From Hydrolagus affinis (Eukaryota): 64,000 bases of DNA. Made by a program: the position numbers and the translations under genes. The notes beneath the pieces were generated by a model that saw only the letters and a list, made by a program, of their open reading frames with translations, did no database searches and was not told the origin of the DNA. The stretch lies in contig JAAILG010000013.1 in the NCBI GenBank assembly GCA_012026655.1, positions 62,001 through 126,000 on the forward strand, in the 5' to 3' direction. Each line of letters starts with the position of its first letter. Position 1 is the first letter of the stretch. This document shows, in pieces, positions 26,385 through 39,804 of the stretch.

Positions 26385-26823
26385 AAAATAATAATAATCT
26401 TTGCGCTTGATATAACGCCTTATCATGTTGTGAAAACATCTCAAACGGCTTCACTTTTAAAGTGTAGTGACTGTCTTTTTGTAAGGGAAGGCAGCGTCCA
26501 ATTTGTGCATAGAAATGCTTGACAAACAGCCATGGAGCTCAAGACCAATTTTTTCTTATCTTGGGCATTGTTCATTGTCGGGGGGAACTCACGTTTTGTA
26601 TTACAAATAATGCCAGATGGGATCGTGGTTTAATGTTTCATCCTCTTTATATCCATGTTTCTTGATGGAATATCTCTTGATTTATGGCATAAATAAATCT
26701 ACGATGCTTTGTTATTTCTATGATTATTTCGGTGGCCGATCCAAAAGGTTCTGAGGAGGGGCTTTACACCCACAACCTTCTGACCAAAGGGAAACATCCT
26801 ATCAACTTATCCAGGCTGACACG
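26385..26823 (-). mobile_element. Old Deu-domain SINE, degraded
   Basis: Tail at 26385-26460, caatttgtgcataga, ggtttaatgtttcatcc, head remnant cccacaaccttctgac...caggctgacac. Confidence 0.65.
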
Positions 26824-27059
26824 TTACTATAATTGCAGGGGCTCCCTCCTCTATGTACTGTATACTCGGTGGGAAAAATAATTATTTTAATCTTCAGTCT
26901 CACTTGAGGCTCATTAATTCTGTACTCATAACCCCCAGTTCTGCCATCAAAATTCAAGAAAAAACAACTTGCTTACATCTACATTATTGATCTTCCTCAG
27001 CAGCTCAAACACCTGGATCATGTTTCTTCAGATTCCTCTTTTATCCAGTGAAAACACGT

Positions 27060-27300
27060 TCTGTTTTGCGAGTCGCTTCAAAATGTAATGCCTTAACTCT
27101 CCGATTTATCCTCATCGTTCTGCTGTGAACTTCTGTCAAAGCAACAATGTCCTTTTGAAGATAGAGTGAACCAGGCAAGGCTTTGATTACTATTTTCGGA
27201 AGCGCCATAAATACAAGGGTCGTGAACAGCTGAGCACAGGAGGATCCCATCCTGATGTTCAGAAAGAGCCAGCAAGACATGATCTGAGTAATTATAGACC
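27060..27300 (-). mobile_element. Highly decayed CR1-like ORF2 fragment
   Basis: ORF 27041-27280 has SLYLQKDIVALTEVHSRTMRI..VKALHFE, resembling CR1 SPYLQKDI.ALE.VQRRATRMI..LKGLSYE. Confidence 0.6.
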
Positions 27301-27429
27301 AAATAATTTAACAGCAGCAGTGAACAAAATGCTTAGCGCACTTGCAGAATGCTATCAATAGTAATCTAAAGAGTGTAGAGGTCATAAGGCGCGGCCAGTA
27401 TTGGAAGCTGTACGTCACATTAATCGACT

Positions 27430-27625
27430 TGCGTGTTTCAGACACTTAGGTGTCTGACACACCTGGAAACACCATCATCATGTCTGAGAGTATCCAAAAT
27501 GGAGTAGAGTTCCACATAGACATGGTAATTTCCCTCTGGGACACACCCTGCTTACCGAATTCTGGACAAAATTAGTTGGCAAGAACCAAGGCTCAGGGAC
27601 CCCAGATTTTGTGTTTGGGGTAATT
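27430..27625 (+). repeat. Unclassified dispersed repeat, copy 2
   Basis: Homologous to 10280-10502; begins with the hairpin gtgtttcagacac-ttag-gtgtctgacacac. Confidence 0.7.
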
Positions 27626-28902
27626 GTATAAAATTGTATATGTGATACTTTTAAAGGAGTGTATGGCTCATGATATTAATTGCAAATTTAACCAACAGGA
27701 GTGAAACTGTCTTGGCAACAGAAGGTAAAGATCATAGAAATCTGGTCGGGTTGACTTCTGTTTCAACCAGTTCTAATAAAATGGTACAGCACATTTTACT
27801 TCTATTCCTAAGTTTTTATGACTGTTTATGGCAAATATGTAGGATGGTATTTCTAGCAATAGTAGTAATACTTAAGTAATGTCACAGAATTAATTGTGCA
27901 TGTGTGAGATTTCAGAGCAGTCAGAGAGATCGGGGCAAATTAAACAGATGAACTAAATAATTGAAAGTATGCATAAATATAAGGTAAAGTTTATTGGTGG
28001 AGAAAATCTGAAATATTAGTGCTTAAATAGTGGACACAAGTCAGCAAAGGTGGAAAGGAAAGAGAAACATAAGCACTGACCATTCACTGATTGGACGGAT
28101 AACAACATCAGCATCGGTCCTATTTAAAATACGTCATTTCAAGCCTGTTTAAAAAATCGTTAAGGCCTTATTTAGAACATTGAGCTCCTTTCAGATGATA
28201 TAAGAAAGGTTCAGATCTGTCATTTTATTTCACCATTAAAGAGGAACATCAAACGTTTGCAGGCTTGTCAGATTCATTAGTGTTGCTGTTGTGTGTTGTT
28301 CAGTTAAAGAGTAACCTCTCATGCAGTGTGGTTCAGTCTGTGTTGACATATTGCCAGGACGGGATTTGATAAGATGCTGTTTTCCACTTATTCCACTGAG
28401 AGCAAGAGCTGAGAGGAGTCGGACTGGAGTGTAGAGCTCTTCCTCCGCAAGCCAACATAAACAAACAGGATCAGTAGCAAAGTGTCAGAAAGCATCAGCC
28501 ACATGCACCGAGTAGCTGATGATTTTCGACGTGTATAATGATGAATATATTAACTTACACAGCACCAAATTGACGTGACAACCAATATTTTGTTTGTGAA
28601 GTTTTGTCATAGACTTCTCCTGAACTCCTTCCTCGCTGCCGTGCAATCGCAAGATAATAATAGGATGTGTAAGAACTTTAGACGCGTGGCAGTTACACGG
28701 GCTAATCTCAAGCAGTCAGCGAACAATAAGGCGCTTTACACTCAGGTGGAAATATAAGAGATTGCAGTTTGCAAGGCTTTACAGTGCTGCTCACAGATCT
28801 ACCTTAGAGCTGTGCATTTTGTTCATGGACTCCCAAAGCACATACACTCAGGAGATTGAAAGCTACGGTGGAATACTTTCAGGACAAAGTACTCTCTCAC
28901 GG

Positions 28903-29125
28903 GAACAAAAACAGTAGTCGCTAGGAACACTCAGCAGGTCGGGCAGCATCTATGGAGAAAGAAAAGTCAGTCAATGTTTCGGGTCCACGATCCTTCTTCA
29001 GCTCGTGGACCCAAAACGTTGATTCACTTTCCTTTCTCAATAGATGCTGCCTGACCTGCTGAGTGTTCCCAGCACCTTCTGTTTTTGTTTCCGACTTCCA
29101 ACATATGTAGTATTTTGTGTTTTGC
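28903..29125. mobile_element. Penelope-like inverted-repeat element with decayed hammerhead motif
   Basis: Arms 28903-28990 and 29003-29089 (about 87 bp) with a 12-nt loop; minus strand CTGAAGA-aggatc-gtg-gaccc-GAAAC-att; homologous to 47741-47920. Confidence 0.7.
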
Positions 29126-29204
29126 TCACACACTCTCACAGATCTGTTTGAAAGCCAGCTAGCAAATGGCAAAGCGTCCTTTGAGAAGTAACAACAACTT
29201 ATAT

Positions 29205-29536
29205 AATTATAATAATAATAATAATCGTTGCAATTGATATAGCACTTTCCACATCTTATCAACGTCCCAAAGCAGTTCACAGAATATACTGTAAAGTGAA
29301 TTGACTGTATATATTTGTGGGCGAATCGCGGCAGCCAATTGCGCACAGCAGTGTCCCACACACAGTCGTGGATTGAAATGACCAATTTTATTATTGTGGT
29401 TTTTTGGGGGGGATTATTATTAGGCATGTGGAGTAAGGAAACTCGCCCAAGGTTTCGCCCTGACCTGCCTGGATTCAAACACAGGTCTCCCCAGCTTGCA
29501 AGACAAGTGCTCTAACCACTGAGCCACAGGAGCTCC
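29205..29536 (-). mobile_element. Full-length SINE family A
   Basis: Head ggagctcctgtggctcagtggttagagcacttgtcttgcaagc; body gtgggacactgctgtgcgcaattggctgccg; (ATT)n tail. Confidence 0.9.
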
Positions 29537-30217
29537 ACATATATATATGAGGGGCACATTTAAATAGCGCCCCTCACGCAAGGTAGCATCCCAGAGTGGA
29601 AAGATCCAGGTTTTATGTTACAATACGCAGTAAATAGTAAAATGCTGACTGCTTATACTTTTCATACTACTCTTTCAGTGTTTACAGATTTGTAAATTAT
29701 TGGCTGCAGAATACATCTGCAGCACAAACCACATCTATTCAGGCCTTTAGTTCTTTGTCACTTGAAGAATTAAAAAGAGTGACTTTTTTTTGTCTAAAGG
29801 CTAAATCCTGCAATTTACTGCTTTCATGATAAAGTGCTGGAAAAACCTTGTTTCATTTGGACACAAACACAAAGTGGAATGAAATAAATCACAGCAAACC
29901 CCATTGGGTGATATTCCGCTCTGCTACCTACTCTCTCTCTATCTCTCTCTCTCTGCAAACAAAAGACTGTTCATAACACTTGTTTTCTAAGGTTATTCTC
30001 ACTTCCTGTTTGTGATCTCTATGCCGGTATGTTGCCTGATATAAGGTGTGCAATTCTACCGTGTGTGCGTGGCTGCCAAGTCTAAAAAATATACAGCCAC
30101 TTTATAGTAAAATCCCCTAAAGTGCTTTGAGACATCCTGCCAACTTTCTCAAACGTAATGAATATTAATCTGCTCCCAGCCCTCTATCAATACTACTTGG
30201 TCCATTCACAGGGAACT

Positions 30218-30395
30218 TACAACAACTACCACAACGAAATTACACTTGTATAGCGCCTTTCAAGTTGGGAGGACTTCCCAGGCGCTGGACAGTCATTGTT
30301 TCAGAGCCGAGCTGGGGTCGGGGACGGGGACGTGGAGGGAAAGGAGGCATTTGGGGTGACCGATGGGACCATTGAAGAGGAGGGTCTTGAGGTGA
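30218..30395 (-). mobile_element. L2 LINE 3' end (tail family B)
   Basis: Minus strand cacctcaagaccctcctcttc (HLKTLLF, L2 ORF2 terminus-like), then 3' UTR, stem-loop tail and (TTG)n-like end. Confidence 0.75.
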
Positions 30396-31078
30396 TACAC
30401 TGATAGTTCCACATCATAAGTTTGCATATTCAAGTCGGTCAAGTTACCACCCAGAGTTGAAGAAGATAAAATTCCCCTGTCCAAGGTTGGTAAATAGTTT
30501 AGATATACCGCAATTGACTCCTAAATATCCATACATCAGTTTCGCTCATCAGCCTTAGAAGTCAAACGGAAGGATTATTGTTTATTAAAGAGTCTCAAGA
30601 TTGCATGAGCATCTTTCAGAACATTAAAAGTGCAAACACTACTAGTTGCGTGCATGCAGACTAGCAACTTCCCGTTTTGGTTAGGGGCTGATTCTGATTC
30701 CAATGTCTTATAGAAGCGGGAAATATAAATCAGTCTTTCCACTCCACATTATTGTACATCTGGGAGAGAAGCAGCATTGCTCCCTGCTGTATACATACGG
30801 CAATACTATGCTCATTCCCGACCCTCAGACCGCTTGACCCTTACACGAGCAACACCTGCAATGGGAAAAAAGTATTCCATTTCCCAATCTTACCATCCCT
30901 CACCTTGACGAGGAAAAAAAAAACAATTTTTAAAACTAAATACTACTGTGATGCTGAACAGTATTTCATCCAGGAGCCAGGCCTAGGAATGACCATAAAT
31001 CACTTAACGAAAGCCGGTGAGTTCAAACAGCATTCAGGGGTGTGATTCAAACTTGTGAGAAGGAATGCGTGTTGAAAG

Positions 31079-31130
31079 CAATTGGGTGAAAGTTACATTG
31101 GAAACTTTCCAATGTAACTCTGAAGTTGCC
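31079..31130. repeat. Perfect 14-bp palindrome within a small dispersed repeat
   Basis: agttacattggaaa-c-tttccaatgtaact at 31091-31119; the left arm recurs inverted at 34292-34319. Confidence 0.75.
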
Positions 31131-34100
31131 AAACTCAGGTGACTGCCGTTAAAGTGCGTCTGTCCCTTTAAGATAATGGCACCCCCCTCTACTTGGATTG
31201 GGTTCACACACGTGTTCATGTGCAGCACCATTTTGTCTCTTGAGATGTTCTCACTGAGGCAGATGCTTGCAGCTGGATATCAATCACTACTCCAAACGTA
31301 CAAGTTTTCTCGTCTTGTCTGCAGTGGTGGAGAGGTGTGTCTGAGGCTGTGTCTAGTGGTATTCAATAGCCATGTGTCCCTATTCCATATGAGTAAAGGG
31401 TAGGGATGAATCTCTCTTCCCTACTGAGTTAACTCCGAGTCGACGTCCAAGGGAACCTTGTGGTGGATTGGTTTCTATAGTCCCTGCCAGCGCCTTGGGA
31501 CGTCCTCCTATGTGCAAGCAAGCATGCGGCTTGCTGCAAAAACACAGTCACTACACTGGACAAGAGAAACTACCGGTGAATCGCTGTGGAACGATCTGAC
31601 CCGATGAGGTGCTCTAAAAACACAAGTGGCTCTCCATCTCTACCCAACTAATTTCCAATTACTGTCCGTGTGCGATAACAAACATGGCGTTTGTTTAAGA
31701 ATGTTAGTCCACTCAGTTTGCTGTGTTCTGACCTGGCATGAAATCATTCTAATATTCATTTTTAATTTACAAATGTCTGGAATACTATGAAAAAAAGCCA
31801 ATCCCGAAGATAAAAGGGCATTACTTTACAGTAAATCAGAACTGTCACCTCCAGCGTACAGAAGCACTGAAACATTTATTCAGCCTCATATTCCTGGCAC
31901 TTGAAATTATTTCCTTCATGCCTGATAGCCAAATCACAATATGGCAGGTCTCCCCCGAGCCATGGGATTGTTAGTGCGGACTCATAACATACTGGCAACT
32001 GATGTGGCATTTCGTGTACAGCTGTCACTCAAAGGCAGGCAAATGCAAATGAGGGCGGGTGCAGCAGTGTTCAATTACTGCTCCACCGCTGTGTACAATA
32101 CTGGCTTCAGTCAGAGCAGACAGCCATTCTTCAGACTCGAATCAAAAAATAAAATAGCAGTTCCCTAAGGGAACCTGCATCTTGGGTTTTTCCATCCTCC
32201 GACCCCCCCCCCCCTCACCCCCAACCCCATCCCCTCCTACCCCCCAGCTCATAAAATATTAAAACTAAGTTAGTGGTAAAGATGCTTGAAAAATAAAGCT
32301 GATAATATAATGGTTGTATAACAGTAATAATAATAATAGTAATCCTCGTATTTGATATGGAGACTTATTTTGGCAAAATCTCACAAATCGCTCTGCAAGG
32401 TTTTCTGTAAAGTATTTTTTGAAGGCGGAGGCAACAGCCAATTTGTCCCACAAACAGCCACAAAGTGAATGACCATTTATTTATTTTTACCCGCAGGGCT
32501 CTTAATAATAGTAATAATAATAATAATAATCTTGGCTAAAATACGAGGACAAAATCCTTTTTTTTGACAAATTGCGGCATAGAATCTTTAACGCCCAGCT
32601 CAGCAGAGAGATGAAATCTTACCTGTGACAATGCAGTGCACCCCCAGCACTGCACTGGAGCGTCAGCCTTGACGATCAGCTGTAAAATTCTGGTGATTCG
32701 GGAAGAGACTTTGCTATCAACGGAGCCAGGCTGACATGGCAGCTGAGTTTTGGGCAGCATGGGGGGGTATCAGATCACTATTATATCGTCAACAGAAGGA
32801 ATCGACCGTTCTCTCAACTAAAACAATCGAGCACAGGATTCCCAGAATCAAGGTTTGGGTTCAAGAGGCGACACCAAAATCATCATGCTAGCCACGCAAG
32901 ACCACAAAGGTACATGTTTTATTTTCTGCGATTACTCTAAACACGTGGGTCACAGCATTTAAATCTACCAATTACTTTTACTGGGGAGGGAGGAGTAGGG
33001 TGGGGTTGCAGTGGGTGGGGTGGGGGAGGGCGGAGGGGAAGTAAAGGAGGAAGGCCCTTTGTTTTTGTTGTGCACAAATTTCCCCGTGGAATGGACGTCC
33101 AGTTCAGCACACTTTCAGTTTCACTTTCACTTTCAGGGCCCGACTCGAGCTGCACAAAAGAGCCCTGGCCAAGTGGGAACACAGTGTGAGAATGTGCTCT
33201 GGGCACACTGGAGAAGAGCAGAAAACAATCCCAATTTGGGCGATTTAACCTTATTTTTCCCTTACAGCGTTGTCACAAGAAGATGTCATCCCACTTACCC
33301 GCAGCTGTTTTGACCCCCTTTGCTGTGATTGTTCCGTGAAGCTTTCTTGTATTTATAGAAATGTTACAGAGGCTGTTTGGAAAAGGGGATGTTACACGTG
33401 TTACAGCTGATAAATAGCTTTCATCCCCGCCCTTAAAAGTGGACCTCCTGAAATATTGCCTGTCATCTTCGGTGCATTAATAGGACATATGCTTATTATT
33501 AATGTAAAATGCTCCATGGAACCAGTAATTCAGCGAAGCCGGTGATTTATTAGTGACTTTATCAGGGCAGTGGGGGGTGGGAAGGGGGGAGTGTGTGTGT
33601 GTGTATGTGATTGGGGATGTATCGTCAACAAACTGGAGCTGTGGATCAAGTCCTTACATTCTGCTTTTATGCAGAAAGTGTTTAACAAACTTGCAATTTT
33701 TCTTTTTTTTTTACAAAAGATACACACAACAGCCTCTCCGCAACCCCCACCACCCATGGTATTAATCCACTCATTTCCCACATGCCTTTCAGTTCAAAAA
33801 GGGAACTCTTAATATTTATAGCGCTCTATAAATGTAGAGCGCATGTTTCCAAGCACTTGCCACTAACCACCACCAAGTAGAGTGACCGCACAATGAAATT
33901 TACATTTGTGTAGCTCCTTTCACTTGGGAGGATGCCTTAATGCACTTTGACTTATTTTTTAGGGTGGCGGGCGTGGGTTGAGGAGGGAATGAGCCAAAGT
34001 GTGATCAAACAGATAAGTCTGAAGGGTTAAGTCTTAGGGACCTTGCTGTGACACGCAGCAACGTCACACAAACAGCCATGAGATGAATAAGCAAATTATC

Positions 34101-34184
34101 TCTGAAGTCAGTTGGTCAGGATAGCAGCAAAAACGGCATTGAAATCCAGCAACTGATACCCCAAGCTTTCCAAGCTCACCTGTC

Positions 34185-34495
34185 ATGTCAGCCGAGCTCA
34201 ATTGATAGTACTGTCGCTTCCTGAATCACCAGAATTTAAAGTTCATAGTCAAATGTGTTCATATGTAAAGCTCATAGTCAAATTCAAATGTGTTTCTGAT
34301 GTAACTTTCACCCAATTGCACTCCGGATCTTTAATCTCCACTCCAGCAACAGACAGATGTGGCTTTGGCTTTAACATCTCATCTGAAGTGACATGTGGCA
34401 CCTCAGATAATGCAGCGCTCACTCTGCACTGTCCAGCGCCTTGGGACGTCCTCCCGACATGAAAGGCGCTATACAAATGTAATTTTGTTGTTGTT
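34185..34495. mobile_element. Cluster: Deu-SINE head (+), palindrome arm, Deu-SINE middle (-), L2 tail B (+)
   Basis: tgtcagccgagctcaattgatagtact; 34292-34319 arm; ggctttaacatctcatctgaag; cagcgccttgggacgtcctcccgacatgaaaggcgctatacaaatgtaattttgttgttg. Confidence 0.65.
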
Positions 34496-35002
34496 ATACT
34501 GTATTATACTGTCCTGGAATGTGGACTGTGAGTTAAAGCACTGCCAATGGGAGTATTGCCTATTTAAAACTGGCCTCCCTCACTTAACAGATGACACCCA
34601 CTCTTTCCTCAAGTAGCATGGAAACTGAAGTGTATGCGATATTCCAGATGTGGTCTCATGAGTTAACTACTCAAGGCTAGAGTGTGCTTTAGCCTTTTCG
34701 ATAGCACTAAGCCTTAAGCATTTACACAACGGACTCTACCTCAAAGTCTCCTTTACGTATTGTTCTGCTTAAACGCTCCAGAATTGGAACCATTGCCTCA
34801 ATGCTTTGTGCCACCTCAAATCGCGGAGATTCAGACCACATTTACCTGGATATGCATCACTCAGAGTGGAAACATTACAGGTAGAGAAAGTAGCAGCTCA
34901 AGAGGCTCGCAAGGGAAGCAGACGAAGGGCATTTGATGAGCTCCCTGTCAGTCAAAAGATATCTCAAAATGTTCATTATCACGTATAGCTTCTGCACTTA
35001 AC

Positions 35003-35360
35003 AACATAAGAATTTGCTGGGTGGAAGAAGACCAGGGTCCATCTATTTCACTTCCACCATCCTGCCAGTTGCTTGACATGTCATGTTCCAAACTATGTAA
35101 CTGTGTATCCTGAGCTAAGTTCCAGCAGAAATCTACCTAATTTGTTCTTGAAACGAATGACATTTTCCGCTTGCACTGTCTCCTTTGTGGCCCATTTGCA
35201 CACAGCAGTGTCCATGAGCTCTGAAACAAATTATTTGGAGGATTGTTCGTCGGGACACGTCTTTGAGTATGGGTAAGGGATCTTGAACGTCCACCTGAAC
35301 AGGCAGAACAGGGACCTCGGCTTTAACCTTGGCTTTAACATCTCACCCGAAGGACGGCAT
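35003..35360 (-). mobile_element. CR1 3' tail fragment followed by a Deu-SINE fragment
   Basis: aacataagaatttgctggg...aatctacctaatttgttcttgaa, then catttgcacacagcag...gggatcttgaacgtccacctgaacaggcag...tttaacatctcacccgaaggacggca. Confidence 0.65.
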
Positions 35361-37529
35361 TTTATTCCTAGTTACGGGTTAATTTCATGACTCGACTGGG
35401 AAGCTCTTCCGCAGACATGAAAGTCGGAGAGTGACAATCCAACAATTGGTCGGATATAAAACTGTTCGAATGGGGTGAATTTCACAGCGCCAGGCACCCG
35501 GGGTGCCGTAGAGCTTGCTTTCAATTGAAGCGCTCTGCGATATAAACACATCACTCGATGTCGGGTCTCTCTATTCTCTCCTACTGAAGCTCAAATGACA
35601 GTGCAACCATTAAAGTCCTTGGAACTACAAGAGACCATGAAGTGGCAAGTGTATATCGTTCTCGTGCTGATCAATACCATAAACTACAAAAAGGTAACAT
35701 GCTATTGCAACAGTCCTGGGATTTGGTTTAAGAAAGAGACACATCAAGATGAAACCATGCAGGTTGTCATAAAAATGGTAATGCTTTCAGAGAGAGCGTA
35801 GCATGGCTTGGAAACTTCAAACCGCCCACAGAACGACACTTTCATCTCTACATTAGCTGCGGACAAAATTCATCAGACGAATGTCGTGGTACAATTCGGC
35901 TGCGCTCGCTCAAGGTTCCCACCAACGATCCGCAGTGCGTTCGCTGACACTATAAACTCTGTGGGTGACAGCAGAATCTAAAAATACCGCGCTGCTCATT
36001 TGGCATTTTTGTCTTTTTTCTCTCTCTCTCTCTCTCTGCACACATTCGTGAAAGAGACAACAACAACAGCTCGCACTGATACAGCGCCCATCACATGGGG
36101 TAGAATCTCGGAGCGCTTTGACAATGGCGGGGTCTGATACCTCGGATCTTTGTCACAAACGGCTTCCAAGTTTCTGACAGCCACAACGTGAGATGTTCAG
36201 CTGGATTTGAAAGATGTGGAAAACGGCCTTCCGAGATCAAGGCTGCGTTTAAGAATTTCCTACTATTCCATGGCAATCGTAAACGATAAAGACAAAATGA
36301 TCTTGCCAGCTAAGACAAGGCGGAATTTCAGTTCTCTACCACCATTCATTTCCTGACAATCCGGTCTAGTCATCCACCCAACCTCTGTGCAAATAACTAC
36401 TTCCTGATGTCTGTCCTGAAATATTAAAGGTGATGACAGGTGTAGCAACCCTTGGAACAATTCAGGTTTGAAGTGAGCTTTCACGAAGGTTATCTTTGTG
36501 GACCATAAAGAACATCTTCAGATTGCATAGCCTTGAGTCATGTCATTGTGGTTGTTCTAAGTTGCTGCCATAACATTACAGTATTAACTGTTCCTACGTT
36601 CCCCCACGCCCCGCGACTGCCCCCTTAGAATGACACACAAGCTTTTAAATCATTCAGCATGTCGGCTCAAAGCAGAAAAGGCAAGATGTCAATCTGAACC
36701 ATCAAGTGTATCTCTCTCACCGCCTCCACAGCCCCTCGCCCCACATCAAAGCGGAGGCCTCCAAATGTTCCATTAACCCCCGGAGCGATCCTCTGTGTTC
36801 ATGGAGAAACTGGCAGTATAAATTGTTGTCTGTTGTGACATTACGTTTGAAGTCTAACCTCTTTATCTGATTGTTGTGGAATAATTTGGTTAACGTCTGC
36901 ATTGAACCGCAACTGCTTCCTGCATGCTTTATTTACTGAACATTTATGAAGTTTTATTGGCTGTACAAAAGTATGAAAATAACAACGCAAATCTAAATAT
37001 AGGCTCGTGCCATCCTGGAGGCATTTCTCTCCGTCCTGTAACTCTGTGCCTTTTGATGAGAAAGTTATGATTCGTTCCACATAGAGAACATAGACAAAAA
37101 GCCAGAAAACAGACTGGAAATCAGAGAGCTATGGTTTCACGAGGATTTTGAAAAAGGGGAGAGAGTTTGTGGGGCAAAGTGCTTTTGGAAGTGGAAAGAA
37201 AAGGTGGCTAAAATCTGAGGCACCGATGATGGAGTGAAGGGCCTGGGAAATGAGCAACAAGCTTCAATTCAAAGAGAGGGCATTAGATTGGAATGCAGAG
37301 CAAAGATCACAAAGGTAAAATGTATAACGAGGCTCTAAACAATTGTATATAATTTTGTTCTCAAAATACACAATCAATTCACTTTACAGTACATCCCATG
37401 AAACGCGTTGATGTGTCTCAACAGCTTGATAAGGCTGTATATCAAGCGCAAAGATAATTGCTATTGCTAATACGAAACTCAAGAAAACTGATCAGTATAG
37501 TGAGCCTCTATTTACACATAATATACAGT

Positions 37530-37645
37530 ATAATAATAATAATCCTTGCATTTGATACAGCACTTTTTGCTTCTTCTCGACATCTCAAAGTGCTTCACAG
37601 AAGATACTGTAAAGTGAATTGACTGTATATTTGTGGGCGAAACAT
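37530..37645 (-). mobile_element. Truncated SINE family A tail
   Basis: taataataatccttgcatttgatacagc...gactgtatatttgtgggcgaaac. Confidence 0.85.
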
Positions 37646-39804
37646 CTACATGGGTTGAGGATAACAGTTCATGTGCAACATTTATAAATATGAGCATTGC
37701 ACTGATCACATCTCCCCTAGCGTGTGTCTTCCACTTGGAAGTTGCAGGTTTCACTTCCACTTGAAATTTGGTCTCAAACTGGCACTGTTTTCTGGGAATG
37801 CGTCCTGAGGAGGGGGAGGTAATGTAAGTGCAAGTTGTTGTTGCGGCCATTGTCCTTGAATGATTTACTCACAGCAGGTATTTTTAGGGTTTCGCTGATT
37901 TGGGATTTTAACTTCAACTGGTTTGTGAACATTGCAAATTTGAAGCTCATTGCCTCACAAGCAAAAAAACCCAAATCCTGCTGAGGATGTTGAGCCAATG
38001 CCATTCAGAGAGTGATCCTCCTGAAAAATTTCGCTAGCGGTTGGGTTGGCATTGACTGGTGATGAGGTGAACGTCATCAGTAGTTCTCCTTAACCTGCAT
38101 CCTTCCATATCAGGCCTTCTGACCACTCCCCCTCTCCCCCCCCCACCCCCCCACACACAGTTTGGCACACAAGAGGGCAGAACAAGCAGTTATTGCCCTG
38201 GTGAAAAAAAGGCTTGTGGCTTTGTCAATCACCGAGAAAATAGCTTTGCGTTTGCGTTTTTGCATTTGCATTGGGACACATTTTTAAAATAAATAATTAG
38301 TTGTGGTTTGGCACGCTTGAAGGGGTGCGGTTCAAGGGGAAATGCTCGTGGTATTCAGTGCATAATAATAATTCTTGCATTTGATATGGTCCTGCTGCTA
38401 AAAATGGCTCAAAGCACTTCACAGGATTTCACTGTGAAGTGACTTATGTATTTGGAGGCAATTGGGGCAGACAATTTGTGCACAGCCAATGTCCTATAGA
38501 CTGCCATGAAGTGAGTGACCAATTTTTATTTGGGGGATTTTTGGCCAGGCTATCAGGTGGTATCTGATGTTGGCATTTAAACCCCTGTAGAATTGATTCC
38601 CCATCACCCAATAACTAGCACAACAAATACATTAAACTGGGACAATTAGAATTTGATATCAATCAGAATACAATATCGAAAACTTCCATTCCCCTCAGTT
38701 GCCCCATAGACAACGAGAAAACATCCTATAGACTTCCAGGATGGATTCATTTGCCACAAAATTTCAAAACATGGTGAGCATGGTTTCTGATAAGTGTGAT
38801 TTCACACACTCTAAGAACATTGGGCAAGAACAACAGCCATGTTGGACGTGCTAAAAACTGCTTAAAGACTCAAATATGCTCTTTGTCTTGAACGATTTTT
38901 TAAATATAATGCATTCCTTGTTAGAATGCAGATGTTGGAAGGCTCCCAAACACTGCATAATGAAGGCCTGTTATAACAACGTAAAGCTACTTTGCCAGAA
39001 TTAACCCATGAACCAGGCCAATAATGTTGTAATGGTAACTCTATTGTTTGCATCTGTGAAGCACGCATTCCAGACATCATCACAGACAGACGTTTCTTTA
39101 ACTGATGCGCGTGGAACATTGTCACTGCAGCGGTTCCCTAGACAGTGGCCTACAGTGAAGCCCACAAGATGATTCTTTGCAAACGTGCTGATGGGTGGGT
39201 GTGGGGGGGCACACAATTACCAGTGAATCACTTCAGATTTCTGGCACTTTAGCTTTAGGCCTTCGGAAGGGTCCAGTATCATTGTGCTTAATATTTCCAA
39301 ATTTTATGACATAAAATAATTGAAATGCTAACTGTTAAGCATTTTATTACCTAGTACAGGACTAGGTAATAGATAAACGTGTACTGGATATCAACATGAG
39401 TGTTTCTGCGAGTTTCTTTCATGTGTTGCCACTGTAATAGAAATCCTGTCAATGCCCTCTCATTAAAAACTCTAAATAATACAAGTTGCATCAGTTTATA
39501 GCAGTTGAATTTGGTGTCAACCTCTAGAAATCTGGCTATTCGGGATCCAAAATTCCTCACAGGCTTAGTTTTGTGGAAGGTTTTTGCATTTTGGAGCTGT
39601 TTTTCCACAGCTCTTTAGAAGAACAGGCTTCCAAATTCAAAGTATTTTTGAGTTTTGTCCCGTCTTAAATTTGAAGTCAAAATAGCCTTACAGGATAAGA
39701 TGGGACGTAGTAACACACTCCCGTCAAATTTAATGGGCGCAGTATATTGTGAACTAGTTGAAGGCAGTCTTTGTTTGGAAACTTTTTTCTAAGAAACTGT
39801 GGAA

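Noticed and set aside
28921-29478. Longest ORF (185 aa, minus)
   Set aside because: It reads through a SINE and the Penelope-like hairpin; poly-Y comes from the (ATT)n tail.
35830-35890. Minus-strand CUGAUGA...GAAA with an 8-bp closing helix (type III hammerhead or SECIS look-alike)
   Set aside because: Only 2 nt lie where stem I must be and stem II is weak; AUGA-to-GA spacing is too short and the apical AA is missing for a SECIS.
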